The position numbers were made by a program, and so were the translations under genes. From a virus (lineage: Duplodnaviria; Caudoviricetes), in the IMG/VR virus record IMGVR_UViG_3300046615_000177, positions 32,001 through 96,000 of that record: a stretch of 64,000 nt of DNA; one strand, given 5' to 3'. The notes under the pieces were generated by a model. The model did no database searches and was not told where the DNA came from. It was given only the letters and a program-made list of their open reading frames with translations. Shown in pieces: positions 38,445 to 46,737 of this stretch. Each line of letters starts with the position of its first letter. Position 1 is the first letter of the stretch.

Positions 38445-38924
38445 TTAAGGCTTCATTAGCTGGTAAAACCCTCTCTTACCTGCGTTCTCCAGTAGACCGC
38501 TACGGACAATGTGGTTATGAGCACTCGCGTAGTTATTCCACTTGAACCCGCTTGACTCCATCCGGGTGCGTATGTGGCTAAACTCCAGCGGACGTCCAGC
38601 GTCCCGCATAACCGCCCGTAGGGTGTCGTCGAAGTTCAGCCGCTCGGTAGCGCTCATTCTGCCACTAACCTCAACGGTTGTCGTGGTAGAGTACACCGTG
38701 CGTACCATATTGCGCTCGTCGAAGCGTGCCCACATATCATGCTCCATGATCAGTTCCGCGCGCTCCAGCTTCAGAGCCTCCAGCTCCTTGGTGATCTCCA
38801 GCATACGGTCGTCTACTTCATACATCCGGTGCTGAATAGCTTGGTTACGCTTGGAGATGATGTCGTTTGCTGTGACTACTGGAATATCCGAAATCAGGTC
38901 GTTGAGGTTGTTCATTTGTGGCAT
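38445..38924 (-). CDS. Rok-like DNA-binding protein (coiled coil + winged helix)
   Basis: N-terminal coiled coil ...LKLER...; C-terminal VMRDAGRPL...KWNN...RGFYQL resembles Bacillus Rok. RBS AAGGAGG. Confidence 0.55.
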   Translation of the reverse strand: MPQMNNLNDLISDIPVVTANDIISKRNQAIQHRMYEVDDRMLEITKELEALKLERAELIMEHDMWARFDERNMVRTVYSTTTTVEVSGRMSATERLNFDDTLRAVMRDAGRPLEFSHIRTRMESSGFKWNNYASAHNHIVRSGLLENAGKRGFYQLMKP

Positions 38925-38973
38925 GTTTATGCCCTCCTTAGATTTGTTTTGGGAGCGGTAGGTATCCGCTCCC

Positions 38974-39011
38974 CTCATATATAACATACACAGGTAACTC
39001 TCGGAACTCTT
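38974..39011 (-). promoter_or_regulatory. Phage-specific promoter-like element, copy 3
   Basis: AAGAGTT-CCGA-GAG-TTA-CCTGTG-TATGTT-ATAT-ATGAG. Confidence 0.8.
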
Positions 39012-39046
39012 GTGGCACTAATGCTATCACTTTATGGTGAATTTTG

Positions 39047-39781
39047 TTAAATGTCAATACTGTCACCCGAATTTTGTCGTTCTTGACGGTATGCCTCGTT
39101 GTCCAGTTCAACGCTGCGCGCTTCTCGGCAGTACTCGTCATCCTCCAGCTTACCACTGCCTACACAGTAGTTTGTGCAGGTGCAGGCAGACTCGCAGGGT
39201 GCTTCATCCTCGACGCTCTGTATCATCCAGCCATCGCGCCGCAGTGCTCGCAACGCCGTATGATATTCTTCGTCCTTCGGAAGTGTACGAGGATACAGAT
39301 GGTCAAAGAAGAATCCAAAGTCGTTACGGTCGTGCACCTTGTAGTTGCTAACAGTCTGCATAATGGAATCGTACTTCTCGCGCACGGCGGCAATCACCGG
39401 GTTCTTCAGCGCCTCTGTAACTCTCACATCTTCCGGGACCAGCGTGCTAGGTACAAGACTAAACCTCATTAGGTGCGCGTAATTGTGCGCCCCGTCAAGA
39501 GTCTGGGAGACCCCGACGTAAGCTTCCTTTCCTTGATGCAGTCCGTGGTACTGTAAAAGCCACTTCCGAAGTGGGGCAGCAGCGTCCAGTGCATTGTGCA
39601 TGAAGTTACGGTGCCGTCTCCGGGAACCCAAAGCTGCGGAAATCGCGCGTTTGTCGGTCGCTACGCCGTACACAAGCTTCCAGTAGGTCAGCCATATTTC
39701 AACGCACTCGCGGCGTTGCTCTTGCGTCATGTCCGTTACACTGTAGGGCAAATGTCTAATCTGATCATAGGGTGGTTTCAT
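39047..39781 (-). CDS. Hypothetical protein with C-terminal Cys cluster
   Basis: RBS AAGGAG. Confidence 0.7.
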   Translation of the reverse strand: MKPPYDQIRHLPYSVTDMTQEQRRECVEIWLTYWKLVYGVATDKRAISAALGSRRRHRNFMHNALDAAAPLRKWLLQYHGLHQGKEAYVGVSQTLDGAHNYAHLMRFSLVPSTLVPEDVRVTEALKNPVIAAVREKYDSIMQTVSNYKVHDRNDFGFFFDHLYPRTLPKDEEYHTALRALRRDGWMIQSVEDEAPCESACTCTNYCVGSGKLEDDEYCREARSVELDNEAYRQERQNSGDSIDI

Positions 39782-39846
39782 AGTAATCTCTCCTTTTGGG
39801 TTATGTAGCGATAAGGCCGAAGCTTCGGAAGCCCCGGCCTTATCGC

Positions 39847-40569
39847 TTATTTGTAGAAATTTGTATAGAAACGGGCGTTAGGGCTGAAGACGAAACCAGA
39901 TTCTTCAGCATGCCGGGTAAGTGCCTGATCTTCCACGATCTCGAACTCATGGTCAAGGGATAGCTGCTTTTGCCATAGCTTCGCGTACTCTTCTGCTGCC
40001 TTTAAGGTCTTGAACTTCTCAATAAGCCCATGACCTGCGGGCATCCCCTTGTACTTGTCCTTCACGTAGCTGTAGTTCGCGTACCCTCCATTGACCTCAT
40101 GCGGGGTCTCTCCCAGCGTTGTGTGGGTGCCCTGCACGTGGACCTCATACCTGTAGCTTTTCAGGTCGTCACGGTCCCATACATAGGTCTTAAAATGATA
40201 GGCGGATGTTTGAAGCTCCCACATCGCCAGCATTTTTGCGTTGCGGGCCTCCGCGCCTCCTTCTACCCATGCCCCTACCTTCAGGTACCTAGCCATCCCT
40301 GCCAGCTTGTTCATCCGGGTAATGCGCCGGAGGTGGTTGTCCTCCACCTTCTTAAGCTCAGCAATCCGCTCCGTTAGCTCCCGGCGCTCGTCGGTGGCCT
40401 GCTGCGCCATCCGCAGCTCCATATCCATAGCTTCTTGATACGAGACCTTTCGGGTCGCACGTTTAACTTGGTTCATTATTATCGTCTCCTTGTATAGGTT
40501 TTTAGCGGTTGGGAATGCTGTGTACTGGGCGCCTGTACGGTCACCAGTGATACCCATCGGTGCGCCCAT
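39847..40569 (-). CDS. Hypothetical protein
   Basis: AAGGAG precedes both ATG 40569 and ATG 40476. Confidence 0.7.
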   Translation of the reverse strand: MGAPMGITGDRTGAQYTAFPTAKNLYKETIIMNQVKRATRKVSYQEAMDMELRMAQQATDERRELTERIAELKKVEDNHLRRITRMNKLAGMARYLKVGAWVEGGAEARNAKMLAMWELQTSAYHFKTYVWDRDDLKSYRYEVHVQGTHTTLGETPHEVNGGYANYSYVKDKYKGMPAGHGLIEKFKTLKAAEEYAKLWQKQLSLDHEFEIVEDQALTRHAEESGFVFSPNARFYTNFYK

Positions 40570-40616
40570 TGTCTCTCCTTGGGGAGCCGCCTTTGGTCTG
40601 GGTGGCTCCGCTTTGC

Positions 40617-40823
40617 TTACTTCTGAAGTGGTCCCTTTACGAACACATACCGCAGCACGAACCTGCGCACCTTCATATACAATCTTCCGCTGGTGGTCTT
40701 AATCTCTATATCGCCGTCACCATTAAAGTCGGGGTGGTCAGAGGCACCCACGACGCAGCAGTACTTTCCGTGCTCCATGTAGTCCTCGTCTACACACTGC
40801 CAAAAGCTGCCCGATTGGATCAT
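40617..40823 (-). CDS. Hypothetical protein
   Basis: ATGA overlap. Confidence 0.6.
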   Translation of the reverse strand: MIQSGSFWQCVDEDYMEHGKYCCVVGASDHPDFNGDGDIEIKTTSGRLYMKVRRFVLRYVFVKGPLQK

Positions 40824-41293
40824 AGTTCTTCTTCGGAAGCCCGCATCGGTTCGTACTCCACCACTCCGGCTGCAACCAACTCGTCGCGGCGGAGCACATA
40901 TTCCCTGAAATAGCCGTCCATCGCTGCTGCGGCCTCCGGTTCGGCGGCACGCATCGTCTCGATATACATGCGAAGCAGCTCGTTCAGTCCCTTTAGCCGC
41001 CCTTGCTCGTACGTATCACATTCGGAAAATCCTCTCACCCGGTTAACAGGCAGTTGCATTTCCCGGCCGTAGTAGTCCGTACCGATCAGGCAGTACACCT
41101 TGCCGTGGTATGGAAGGTCCACTTCCTGCATTTCTGTGATAGCGAACTCCCGTACCGTCGACTGCGCGGTCAGGAGCACCATGCCCATGTCCCGCTGTGC
41201 TTTCGGCATATAACCATAGGTGCCTTCCATGGTGATGTCGAGCACCCGGTTAACCATCGTTGCCGCCCGTACTTTTCCGTTTTCGATAATCAT
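40820..41293 (-). CDS. Hypothetical protein
   Basis: ATGA overlap, RBS AGGAG. Confidence 0.7.
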   Translation of the reverse strand: MIIENGKVRAATMVNRVLDITMEGTYGYMPKAQRDMGMVLLTAQSTVREFAITEMQEVDLPYHGKVYCLIGTDYYGREMQLPVNRVRGFSECDTYEQGRLKGLNELLRMYIETMRAAEPEAAAAMDGYFREYVLRRDELVAAGVVEYEPMRASEEEL

Positions 41294-41499
41294 TTGTCAT
41301 CGCTCCTACTTTCGATTTTTACGGTCAGGCCTAGCTCTTCTAGTACCTTATCCAGTGTGTCAATGTTGTAGTTGCTACCGTTCAGTATGCGGTGAATTTG
41401 CGGGTGATCCCATCCCAGATTAGCAGCCAGTCCCCGCTTGGACAGGCCTTTCGAGAGAAGGGCAGATTCGATAGCCGCCGCGAACTGCTGCTTTAGCAT
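41290..41499 (-). CDS. XRE-family HTH regulator
   Basis: KGLSKRGLAANLGWDHPQIHRILNGSNYNIDTLDKV. Confidence 0.8.
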   Translation of the reverse strand: MLKQQFAAAIESALLSKGLSKRGLAANLGWDHPQIHRILNGSNYNIDTLDKVLEELGLTVKIESRSDDK

Positions 41500-41948
41500 G
41501 GCGGCTGGTCTTCCGACATGCGCTTCTCGTAATCGAGAATTTCCTCGTACGTCAGCCACTCCGGCTTATGGCCTTCGGGGAACGAGTCGTGAAGCTCTTT
41601 CATTTTCTCAATCTGTCCCTCTACGGTACCTGCCCATAGCTGAGAAACAGCTCGATTCCCATTCCCTAGGAAGTACTTACAGTCACCTTGCAGCCTATCC
41701 AGCAGCATATAGCTAAATCTGTATGGACTCTCTTCATATTTGGTCTTGAAGACTACCACCAGCTCGCTCTTGATGGGAGTACAAGGCTCGCCGTCAAACT
41801 CCCCATTGCTGCTACTGTACAGATCGGGAGTACTCCCATCCGATAGGTCCTTCCATAGGTTGCCGTTTTCGAGGCACTTATACACGGGTCTATCCCAATC
41901 ATCCTTACCGATAAACTCCATTGTTCTTACGTTCGTTGCAGCTTCCAT
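41493..41948 (-). CDS. LPD11-domain protein
   Basis: YMLLDRLQGDCKYFLGNGNR...LWAG.VE.QI..MKEL...KPEWLT. Confidence 0.8.
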   Translation of the reverse strand: MEAATNVRTMEFIGKDDWDRPVYKCLENGNLWKDLSDGSTPDLYSSSNGEFDGEPCTPIKSELVVVFKTKYEESPYRFSYMLLDRLQGDCKYFLGNGNRAVSQLWAGTVEGQIEKMKELHDSFPEGHKPEWLTYEEILDYEKRMSEDQPPC

Positions 41949-41957
41949 TCTCAGCAT

Positions 41958-42036
41958 CTCCCTTAGTTTTGTTTGGGGTAGGCTCCCCAAGTCAGGCCCG
42001 GAACCTTTGCAAGCGCTCCGAACCGTCCTTCGATAG
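41958..42036 (-). ncRNA. Candidate structured RNA leader, copy 2
   Basis: CGAAGGAC-[GGTTCGGAGC/GTTCCGGGCC]-TGACTTGGGGAGCCTACCCCAAACAAAACTAAGGGAG. Confidence 0.55.
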
Positions 42037-42037
42037 C

Positions 42038-42673
42038 TTACTGCAATGGTCTCGCCAGCTCTTCCTTGATAAATGCGTGCCAGTCCGTAGGCCGGAGCCA
42101 CGTCAGCATGATACTGCCGCGTTCTTCCAATGCCTTTACATGGTCGTCCCACTTCCGAAGTTCTCCATAAAAGAACTTCGAATTCCAGAACGCCTTTAGC
42201 TCCTTCAGGTTGGACACCTGATTCGTGATTCGCTCGATCGACTTATGTGTCTCGGTGAACAGCTCTACGAGAAAGAGGGTATCCTTCTGGGTTGTAGGAT
42301 CAGAGAAGATGACATTCGCGTCCGCCTCGTTCGGGTCATCCTTTCGCAGGATGAACCGAATACTTGACTTACCTCTTGTGTACCTGACTTCCGGGCAGTC
42401 AAAGGTGTCATTATGAATACTCTCTATGATGGAACCTTTGGCTACCGGAAACTCATTGGTCTTCCATTTGAAGCTCCGCACCTGCCGCTCTGCCTCCCGT
42501 AGGAGCTTCATGCCGTCCCCGTCCTTCTGAAGGGTGAAGGTGTCCAGCAGCTTCTTCTCCCCGGTCAGAGGGTTGATCGCGTGGGCATCCCACGTCGACC
42601 GTCCCTCCGTGTTTGTTCCTGCGACAAGCTCTCCAACAATAACTCCGGCTTTTGCGACGATCATTTTCATCAT
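42038..42673 (-). CDS. Hypothetical early protein
   Basis: Start MMKMIV behind a phage promoter element. Confidence 0.7.
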   Translation of the reverse strand: MMKMIVAKAGVIVGELVAGTNTEGRSTWDAHAINPLTGEKKLLDTFTLQKDGDGMKLLREAERQVRSFKWKTNEFPVAKGSIIESIHNDTFDCPEVRYTRGKSSIRFILRKDDPNEADANVIFSDPTTQKDTLFLVELFTETHKSIERITNQVSNLKELKAFWNSKFFYGELRKWDDHVKALEERGSIMLTWLRPTDWHAFIKEELARPLQ

Positions 42674-42712
42674 GCTCCCTATATTTGTGATAGGGGCGGA
42701 GGGTACCGCCCC

Positions 42713-42750
42713 TTCATTTTCATTATACACAGGTTTCTCGTAAAACTCTT
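42713..42750 (-). promoter_or_regulatory. Phage-specific promoter-like element, copy 4
   Basis: AAGAGTT-TTAC-GAG-AAA-CCTGTG-TATAAT-GAAA-ATGAA. Confidence 0.82.
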
Positions 42751-42770
42751 AGTGTCCCAAGGCTTGCGGC

Positions 42771-42917
42771 TTAAAGCACGTCGCCCCAAGTTTTTCCGTG
42801 CTTGGCGTTCAGCCAGTCTCCCAGATCGGAGAACCACATATCGAGTGCGGGGTCGTAGAAGCCTTCTTGCTTGTCGTGTACCAGCGTGTCCATATCTCTC
42901 ATAACCTTTGCATCCAT
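42771..42917 (-). CDS. Small protein (48 aa) not in the ORF track
   Basis: RBS AGGAG; MDAKVMRDMDTLVHDKQEGFYDPALDMWFSDLGDWLNAKHGKTWGDVL*; has its own promoter element. Confidence 0.65.
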   Translation of the reverse strand: MDAKVMRDMDTLVHDKQEGFYDPALDMWFSDLGDWLNAKHGKTWGDVL

Positions 42918-42954
42918 CAGTACCAGCTCCTAAATAATATTTGGGGTTCCTCCC

Positions 42955-42992
42955 CTCATTCACACTATACACAGGCCTCTCACAGAACTCTT
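42955..42992 (-). promoter_or_regulatory. Phage-specific promoter-like element, copy 5
   Basis: AAGAGTT-CTGT-GAG-AGG-CCTGTG-TATAGT-GTGA-ATGAG. Confidence 0.8.
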
Positions 42993-43058
42993 TTGCGTCA
43001 TATCCGGCTCTATCGGGTAGTGTTCTTGTACAACGGCAAAAGGAAGGAGGCCGCGCCA

Positions 43059-43145
43059 ATGTTCCCGCAAAGGCTGCGCCTATACCTAGCCCTGTTTGGC
43101 ACTGGTTACGCCACTATCGCCATCTATCTACTCACCCGTGTATAA
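43059..43145 (+). CDS. 28-aa hydrophobic peptide (type I toxin-like candidate)
   Basis: RBS AAGGAGG 8 nt upstream; MFPQRLRLYLALFGTGYATIAIYLLTRV*; followed by a bidirectional terminator. Confidence 0.6.
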   Translation: MFPQRLRLYLALFGTGYATIAIYLLTRV

Positions 43146-43190
43146 AGCACCGTCCAGTTGGGCATAACTACTAGCGACGACTATTTATAG

Positions 43191-43227
43191 AAAAGCCACG
43201 ACTTCCGAAGGGGAGGCCGTGGCTTTT
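43191..43227. terminator. Bidirectional terminator containing CTTCCGAAG
   Basis: AAAAGCCACG...CGTGGCTTTT. Confidence 0.75.
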
Positions 43228-43232
43228 CGTCG

Positions 43233-43556
43233 TTACCGGGAACGGGTGTCTTGATAGCGCGGCTCTGTCCGGTTCTGCTTACGGCCATTCGTATACAGCC
43301 GATCAGGAGCCGGAGGGATAGCCGCAATCTTGGCCTCCTGTTTGGTCAGGTGCTCGGTCAGGTAGTAGGAGAGGGCAAGCCCGATGATAAAGTCCCGGTC
43401 TACCGGGTCCTTATCCGTCGCTTGGTCCGTCTCGTTGCGGATGTAGATCAGCGTTTCGAGTGCCATGTAGAGTTGGGCAGGGAGGATAACCTGCATTTTC
43501 ACGGAGTGCCGATCCCGGTAGAGCGCGCCGACCATCTTACCAAAAATGTTGCTCAT
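43233..43556 (-). CDS. Putative ribbon-helix-helix protein
   Basis: KMQVILPAQLYMALE...DRDFIIGLALSYYL. Confidence 0.55.
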   Translation of the reverse strand: MSNIFGKMVGALYRDRHSVKMQVILPAQLYMALETLIYIRNETDQATDKDPVDRDFIIGLALSYYLTEHLTKQEAKIAAIPPAPDRLYTNGRKQNRTEPRYQDTRSR

Positions 43557-43843
43557 TACACAAACCTCCCTGTCCGCACGGTAGCCGAATCGACCACGTA
43601 GTAGCCACGAGTTACGTCGCGCGGGAATTTATTCTGCATAAGGGCGTGGAAACCATCGCTAGTGCTCGCATACAGAATCGCCTCGTTGTACGTAACGTTT
43701 AGGGAAACATTATGGCGAAACGATAGGGCGTCGATCTCATTGTGAAGCGTCGCGTCGATGCGCAGCGGAAATCTGTGCTTCTTCTTGCTGCTGACATTGA
43801 CAGGCTGTTGCCCCTTTCCTCTTCTCGTTTTAGCCACTCTCAA
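43556..43843 (-). CDS. Arc-like ribbon-helix-helix protein
   Basis: RFPLRIDATLHNEIDALSFRHNVSLN. Confidence 0.7.
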   Translation of the reverse strand: MRVAKTRRGKGQQPVNVSSKKKHRFPLRIDATLHNEIDALSFRHNVSLNVTYNEAILYASTSDGFHALMQNKFPRDVTRGYYVVDSATVRTGRFV

Positions 43844-43867
43844 CCCTCCCTTTTGGTGGTAATGCTC

Positions 43868-43964
43868 GATGTCATGATGTCATGGCGTCACTTTTTGGCT
43901 GCGAGTAGGGACCGATAGCTGAATATCGCTGGCTACCGACCACTACCGCTAACTATCGGCGGTA
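43868..43964. repeat. Iteron cluster next to tubZ (candidate tubC/operator)
   Basis: GATGTCAT-GATGTCAT-GGCGTCAC at 43868-43891; TAYCG at 43924, 43934, 43944 and 43954 with inverted copies at 43913 and 43960. Confidence 0.5.
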
Positions 43965-45065
43965 GCGAGACAGGATGTCGGCCACACCCTGCTTCGCGCT
44001 TGGCACTCCTGCGGCCTGTAGTGCCCTCTGCCGGGGCTTGCTGGTTTGAACCGTCTTAGGCTTGTACTCTTCCTCTTCTCGCGTGTCCGGGGAGCCTGCG
44101 GCCTCTATCCGGGCGTCGATCTGCTCGAACCGGGTTTTAGGGAACGGTAGGCCTGTCAGCACGGTCAGGATGCGCCCGCCGTTGTCCTCGTGATAGTAGC
44201 CTTCAAACAGGTCAATAGGCGCCCTTCCGAAGGGGCTGAAGATCGTAGCTGCATCGAAATGGTTCATAAGGGACTCCTGCCCATCGTAGATAAGCGCTGC
44301 CTTGGTAACGCGGTCGTACTCAATGGTGGAGAATATGGAGGACGTCCAAGAGCTTTGTATGGTGCCTGCAATGCCCTCTGGCGTGATGTCCGTTTTTCCC
44401 CGGGATACCTTGGCAATCTCCGCCTCTGCGATAACCCCAATCCCCGGCTGGCTGAATAGCGTCGCGAGGTCGGTACGGTCAAAGTTACCGTTCCGGCTCT
44501 CCTTCTCCGTGAAGGCGTTCAGATCGAACAGAAAAGAGCTAAAGCGCTCGTTTGTCTCCCGGTACTGGGCGTTCTTTCCGCCGCTAATCTTGTCATTGTC
44601 TACGGGCAGTATGCATACGCCAAGCTTCAGAAGCTCGGACATCGTCGCACTGGTATTCGCCTGACTGACAGGGGCCTCCGTTCCGCACGGCAAGATAGGT
44701 ACAGCCACGAACACCTTATCTTGCATAAGCTCCGCCAGCAGGTCGAGCAGAATCGGGGCCATCCCTGCCCCGGAGCCGCCGCCCGTAGCAAAAGGCACGA
44801 AGATCAGGCGGTAAGACGGGCTTCCGAAGTTCTCCTGCACGAACTGGTACACCATGTCATAGTGCTCTGCCATCAGGGTAATTGCCAGCTCACGATCATG
44901 TCCTACGCCCTCTGAACCCGGCACCTTCAGCTTGTGCTTTACACTGGCCGCGCTGTTGAGGTCGCGCTGTGAGAAGTTGATAGCTGCGGCGTGGATGCCC
45001 AGCAGGCTCGCCTCGTTGGCGATGTTTCCGCCTGCTCCGCCCAACCCTAAAACTGCGATTGTCAT
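43953..45065 (-). CDS. tubZ: Tubulin/FtsZ-family GTPase (TubZ-like)
   Basis: VLGLGGAGGNIA, GGGSGAG signature, NFDRTD T7 loop. Confidence 0.88.
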   Translation of the reverse strand: MTIAVLGLGGAGGNIANEASLLGIHAAAINFSQRDLNSAASVKHKLKVPGSEGVGHDRELAITLMAEHYDMVYQFVQENFGSPSYRLIFVPFATGGGSGAGMAPILLDLLAELMQDKVFVAVPILPCGTEAPVSQANTSATMSELLKLGVCILPVDNDKISGGKNAQYRETNERFSSFLFDLNAFTEKESRNGNFDRTDLATLFSQPGIGVIAEAEIAKVSRGKTDITPEGIAGTIQSSWTSSIFSTIEYDRVTKAALIYDGQESLMNHFDAATIFSPFGRAPIDLFEGYYHEDNGGRILTVLTGLPFPKTRFEQIDARIEAAGSPDTREEEEYKPKTVQTSKPRQRALQAAGVPSAKQGVADILSRYRR

Positions 45066-45066
45066 A

Positions 45067-45363
45067 TTAGTTTCCCTCCACCATGGATAGAATTTTCTGG
45101 AGCGCCGTCTGGCCGTACAAAGTGATGAACATTCCGTGCTCTTTGGAGTCCGTACGGAGCACGATAAACTGAAGTGCTGTAAGCCTTGCTACGGACTTCC
45201 GAAGGATAGCCTCTGATAGCTTCCCCTTCGTCATCGCTGTGCGATACGGTACGGCCTTGAACTTGGCCGTGGCGTCCTCGTCGAGCAGAACGCCAAGCAG
45301 TTGGGTGTCCTCCGTGGTTAAGCTGGCTATCACCTCGTCAAAATAACTGGCAACTTCTGTCAT
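45067..45363 (-). CDS. Winged-helix protein, putative TubR adaptor
   Basis: LSEAILRKSVARL...FI...FITLYG; directly upstream of tubZ. Confidence 0.65.
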   Translation of the reverse strand: MTEVASYFDEVIASLTTEDTQLLGVLLDEDATAKFKAVPYRTAMTKGKLSEAILRKSVARLTALQFIVLRTDSKEHGMFITLYGQTALQKILSMVEGN

Positions 45364-45450
45364 CCGGGTTCCTCCCTTGATATTTGGCGGGCGGTGAATA
45401 TCACGTCCGATAATTAAGTATACGTGGCTATCGAGGTTTTAGACCAAAAT

Positions 45451-45480
45451 AAAAACGCCCAGTCTATGCGAGACTAGGCG
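45451..45480 (-). terminator. Rho-independent terminator
   Basis: CGCCTAGTCT...AGACTGGGCG-TTTTT. Confidence 0.7.
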
Positions 45481-45486
45481 CTTCGA

Positions 45487-46737
45487 TCAGAGTTGTTCGA
45501 GGTGGACATGAAAGCGATAAGACTCCCCTTCCTGCATCTGGGAACCCAATACGTGGACAAAGGATTCAATAGCAGAGATATCCACTCGGTCGAGCGTCAA
45601 GGTGATCGCTGGCCTGCGCGCTTTAACTGGAGTCTCTGCCCGTTCGATCAGCATGCTGTCCTCAGTGGTTACTGCCTCCGTGTTCGGCTCCAGTGCGGGC
45701 GGGTGTGCTGCTCGCGCTTTGGCTGGCGTCGCATGTACTTCCTCTGCTTCTGGATTAGCAGGCGCTTCCGCTGACTGGTGTGTTACACGTACTTCGGAAG
45801 CCTGCTCCGACGGTGGGACAACCGTAATGGCAGGAGACGGTTTCCGCTTAAACCGATCTTCCAGCCGCCGCTGCTCTTCGGAGGTCAAGGTCCGCAGGAA
45901 GGCCTCCACCCTTGGCTGGATAGCATCGTCTGCTGACACGCCCAGCATCTTGCCGTTGTCGTACTTTTGGCGGTGCTTACCTACCATTACCCCGGAGCAG
46001 CCTACAATATTTGCTATCTGCCCATTGTTTAGGGCCGTCGTTTCAAAAATGTGCTTCAGGTGCCCCTTGTTGATCGTCGCCATCTTTACCACTTTCCCCT
46101 CTGTTTGGGTTGCGCTCCCCTTCGCGCATGCGATACTGTGCAGCTTCTTTTTTATGCGGGCCATTGTACGAGAGATGTAGGACTGTGATAATCTCAGCTC
46201 TTCTCCTATCTCCGCCATACTCTTACTCTCCCCGTAGTACATCCGCAGGATTGCAGCTTCACGAGGGTTAGCCCCTCGGAAGAACGCGTCCAATACCTCT
46301 TGGGCAGCAGCGATGTGCTCTTTACGTGCGTCTGCTTCTGGGTCCCCTGCGGCGATTACATCTGACAGCGTTAACGCGTCGCCATCGAAGTTAATATGTA
46401 GTGGGTCGTCCAAGCTGCTGGTCGTTCCTGTGAACTTCTTCCCCTTCCGAAGGAACATCAAAATCTCATTCTCCATACACCGGGAGCTATAAGTGGCAAA
46501 CTTTACGCCTCTAGCAAGCTCAAATGTGTTGTAGGCCTTCACGAACCCCACTTGCGCCAAGCCGATAAGATCGTCTAAGGGGTGCCCTGAGTTTACAAAT
46601 TTCTGAGCTACGAAAAGGAGTAGGCGGTAGTTATGGGCAAAATATAAATCCTTGGCGTGGGTGTATCCACCCTTTGCGCGCTTCAGAAGCTCGTAGTTCT
46701 CCTCTTCCGGTAAGGCCGGGAGCGCCGCTACTGCCAT
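45487..46737 (-). CDS. Sporulation-type (SigK/SigE-like) RNA polymerase sigma factor with long C-terminal extension
   Basis: HNYRLL, DDLIGLAQVGFVKAYNTF, KFATYSSRCMENEILMFLRK, LSQSYISR; RBS AAGGAG. Confidence 0.9.
   Translation of the reverse strand: MAVAALPALPEEENYELLKRAKGGYTHAKDLYFAHNYRLLLFVAQKFVNSGHPLDDLIGLAQVGFVKAYNTFELARGVKFATYSSRCMENEILMFLRKGKKFTGTTSSLDDPLHINFDGDALTLSDVIAAGDPEADARKEHIAAAQEVLDAFFRGANPREAAILRMYYGESKSMAEIGEELRLSQSYISRTMARIKKKLHSIACAKGSATQTEGKVVKMATINKGHLKHIFETTALNNGQIANIVGCSGVMVGKHRQKYDNGKMLGVSADDAIQPRVEAFLRTLTSEEQRRLEDRFKRKPSPAITVVPPSEQASEVRVTHQSAEAPANPEAEEVHATPAKARAAHPPALEPNTEAVTTEDSMLIERAETPVKARRPAITLTLDRVDISAIESFVHVLGSQMQEGESYRFHVHLEQL

Noticed and set aside
43136-43146. 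CCGTGTATAA as a sixth phage promoter on the plus strand
   Set aside because: It lacks AAGAGTT, GAG and ATGAR, and it is the end of the small peptide ORF.
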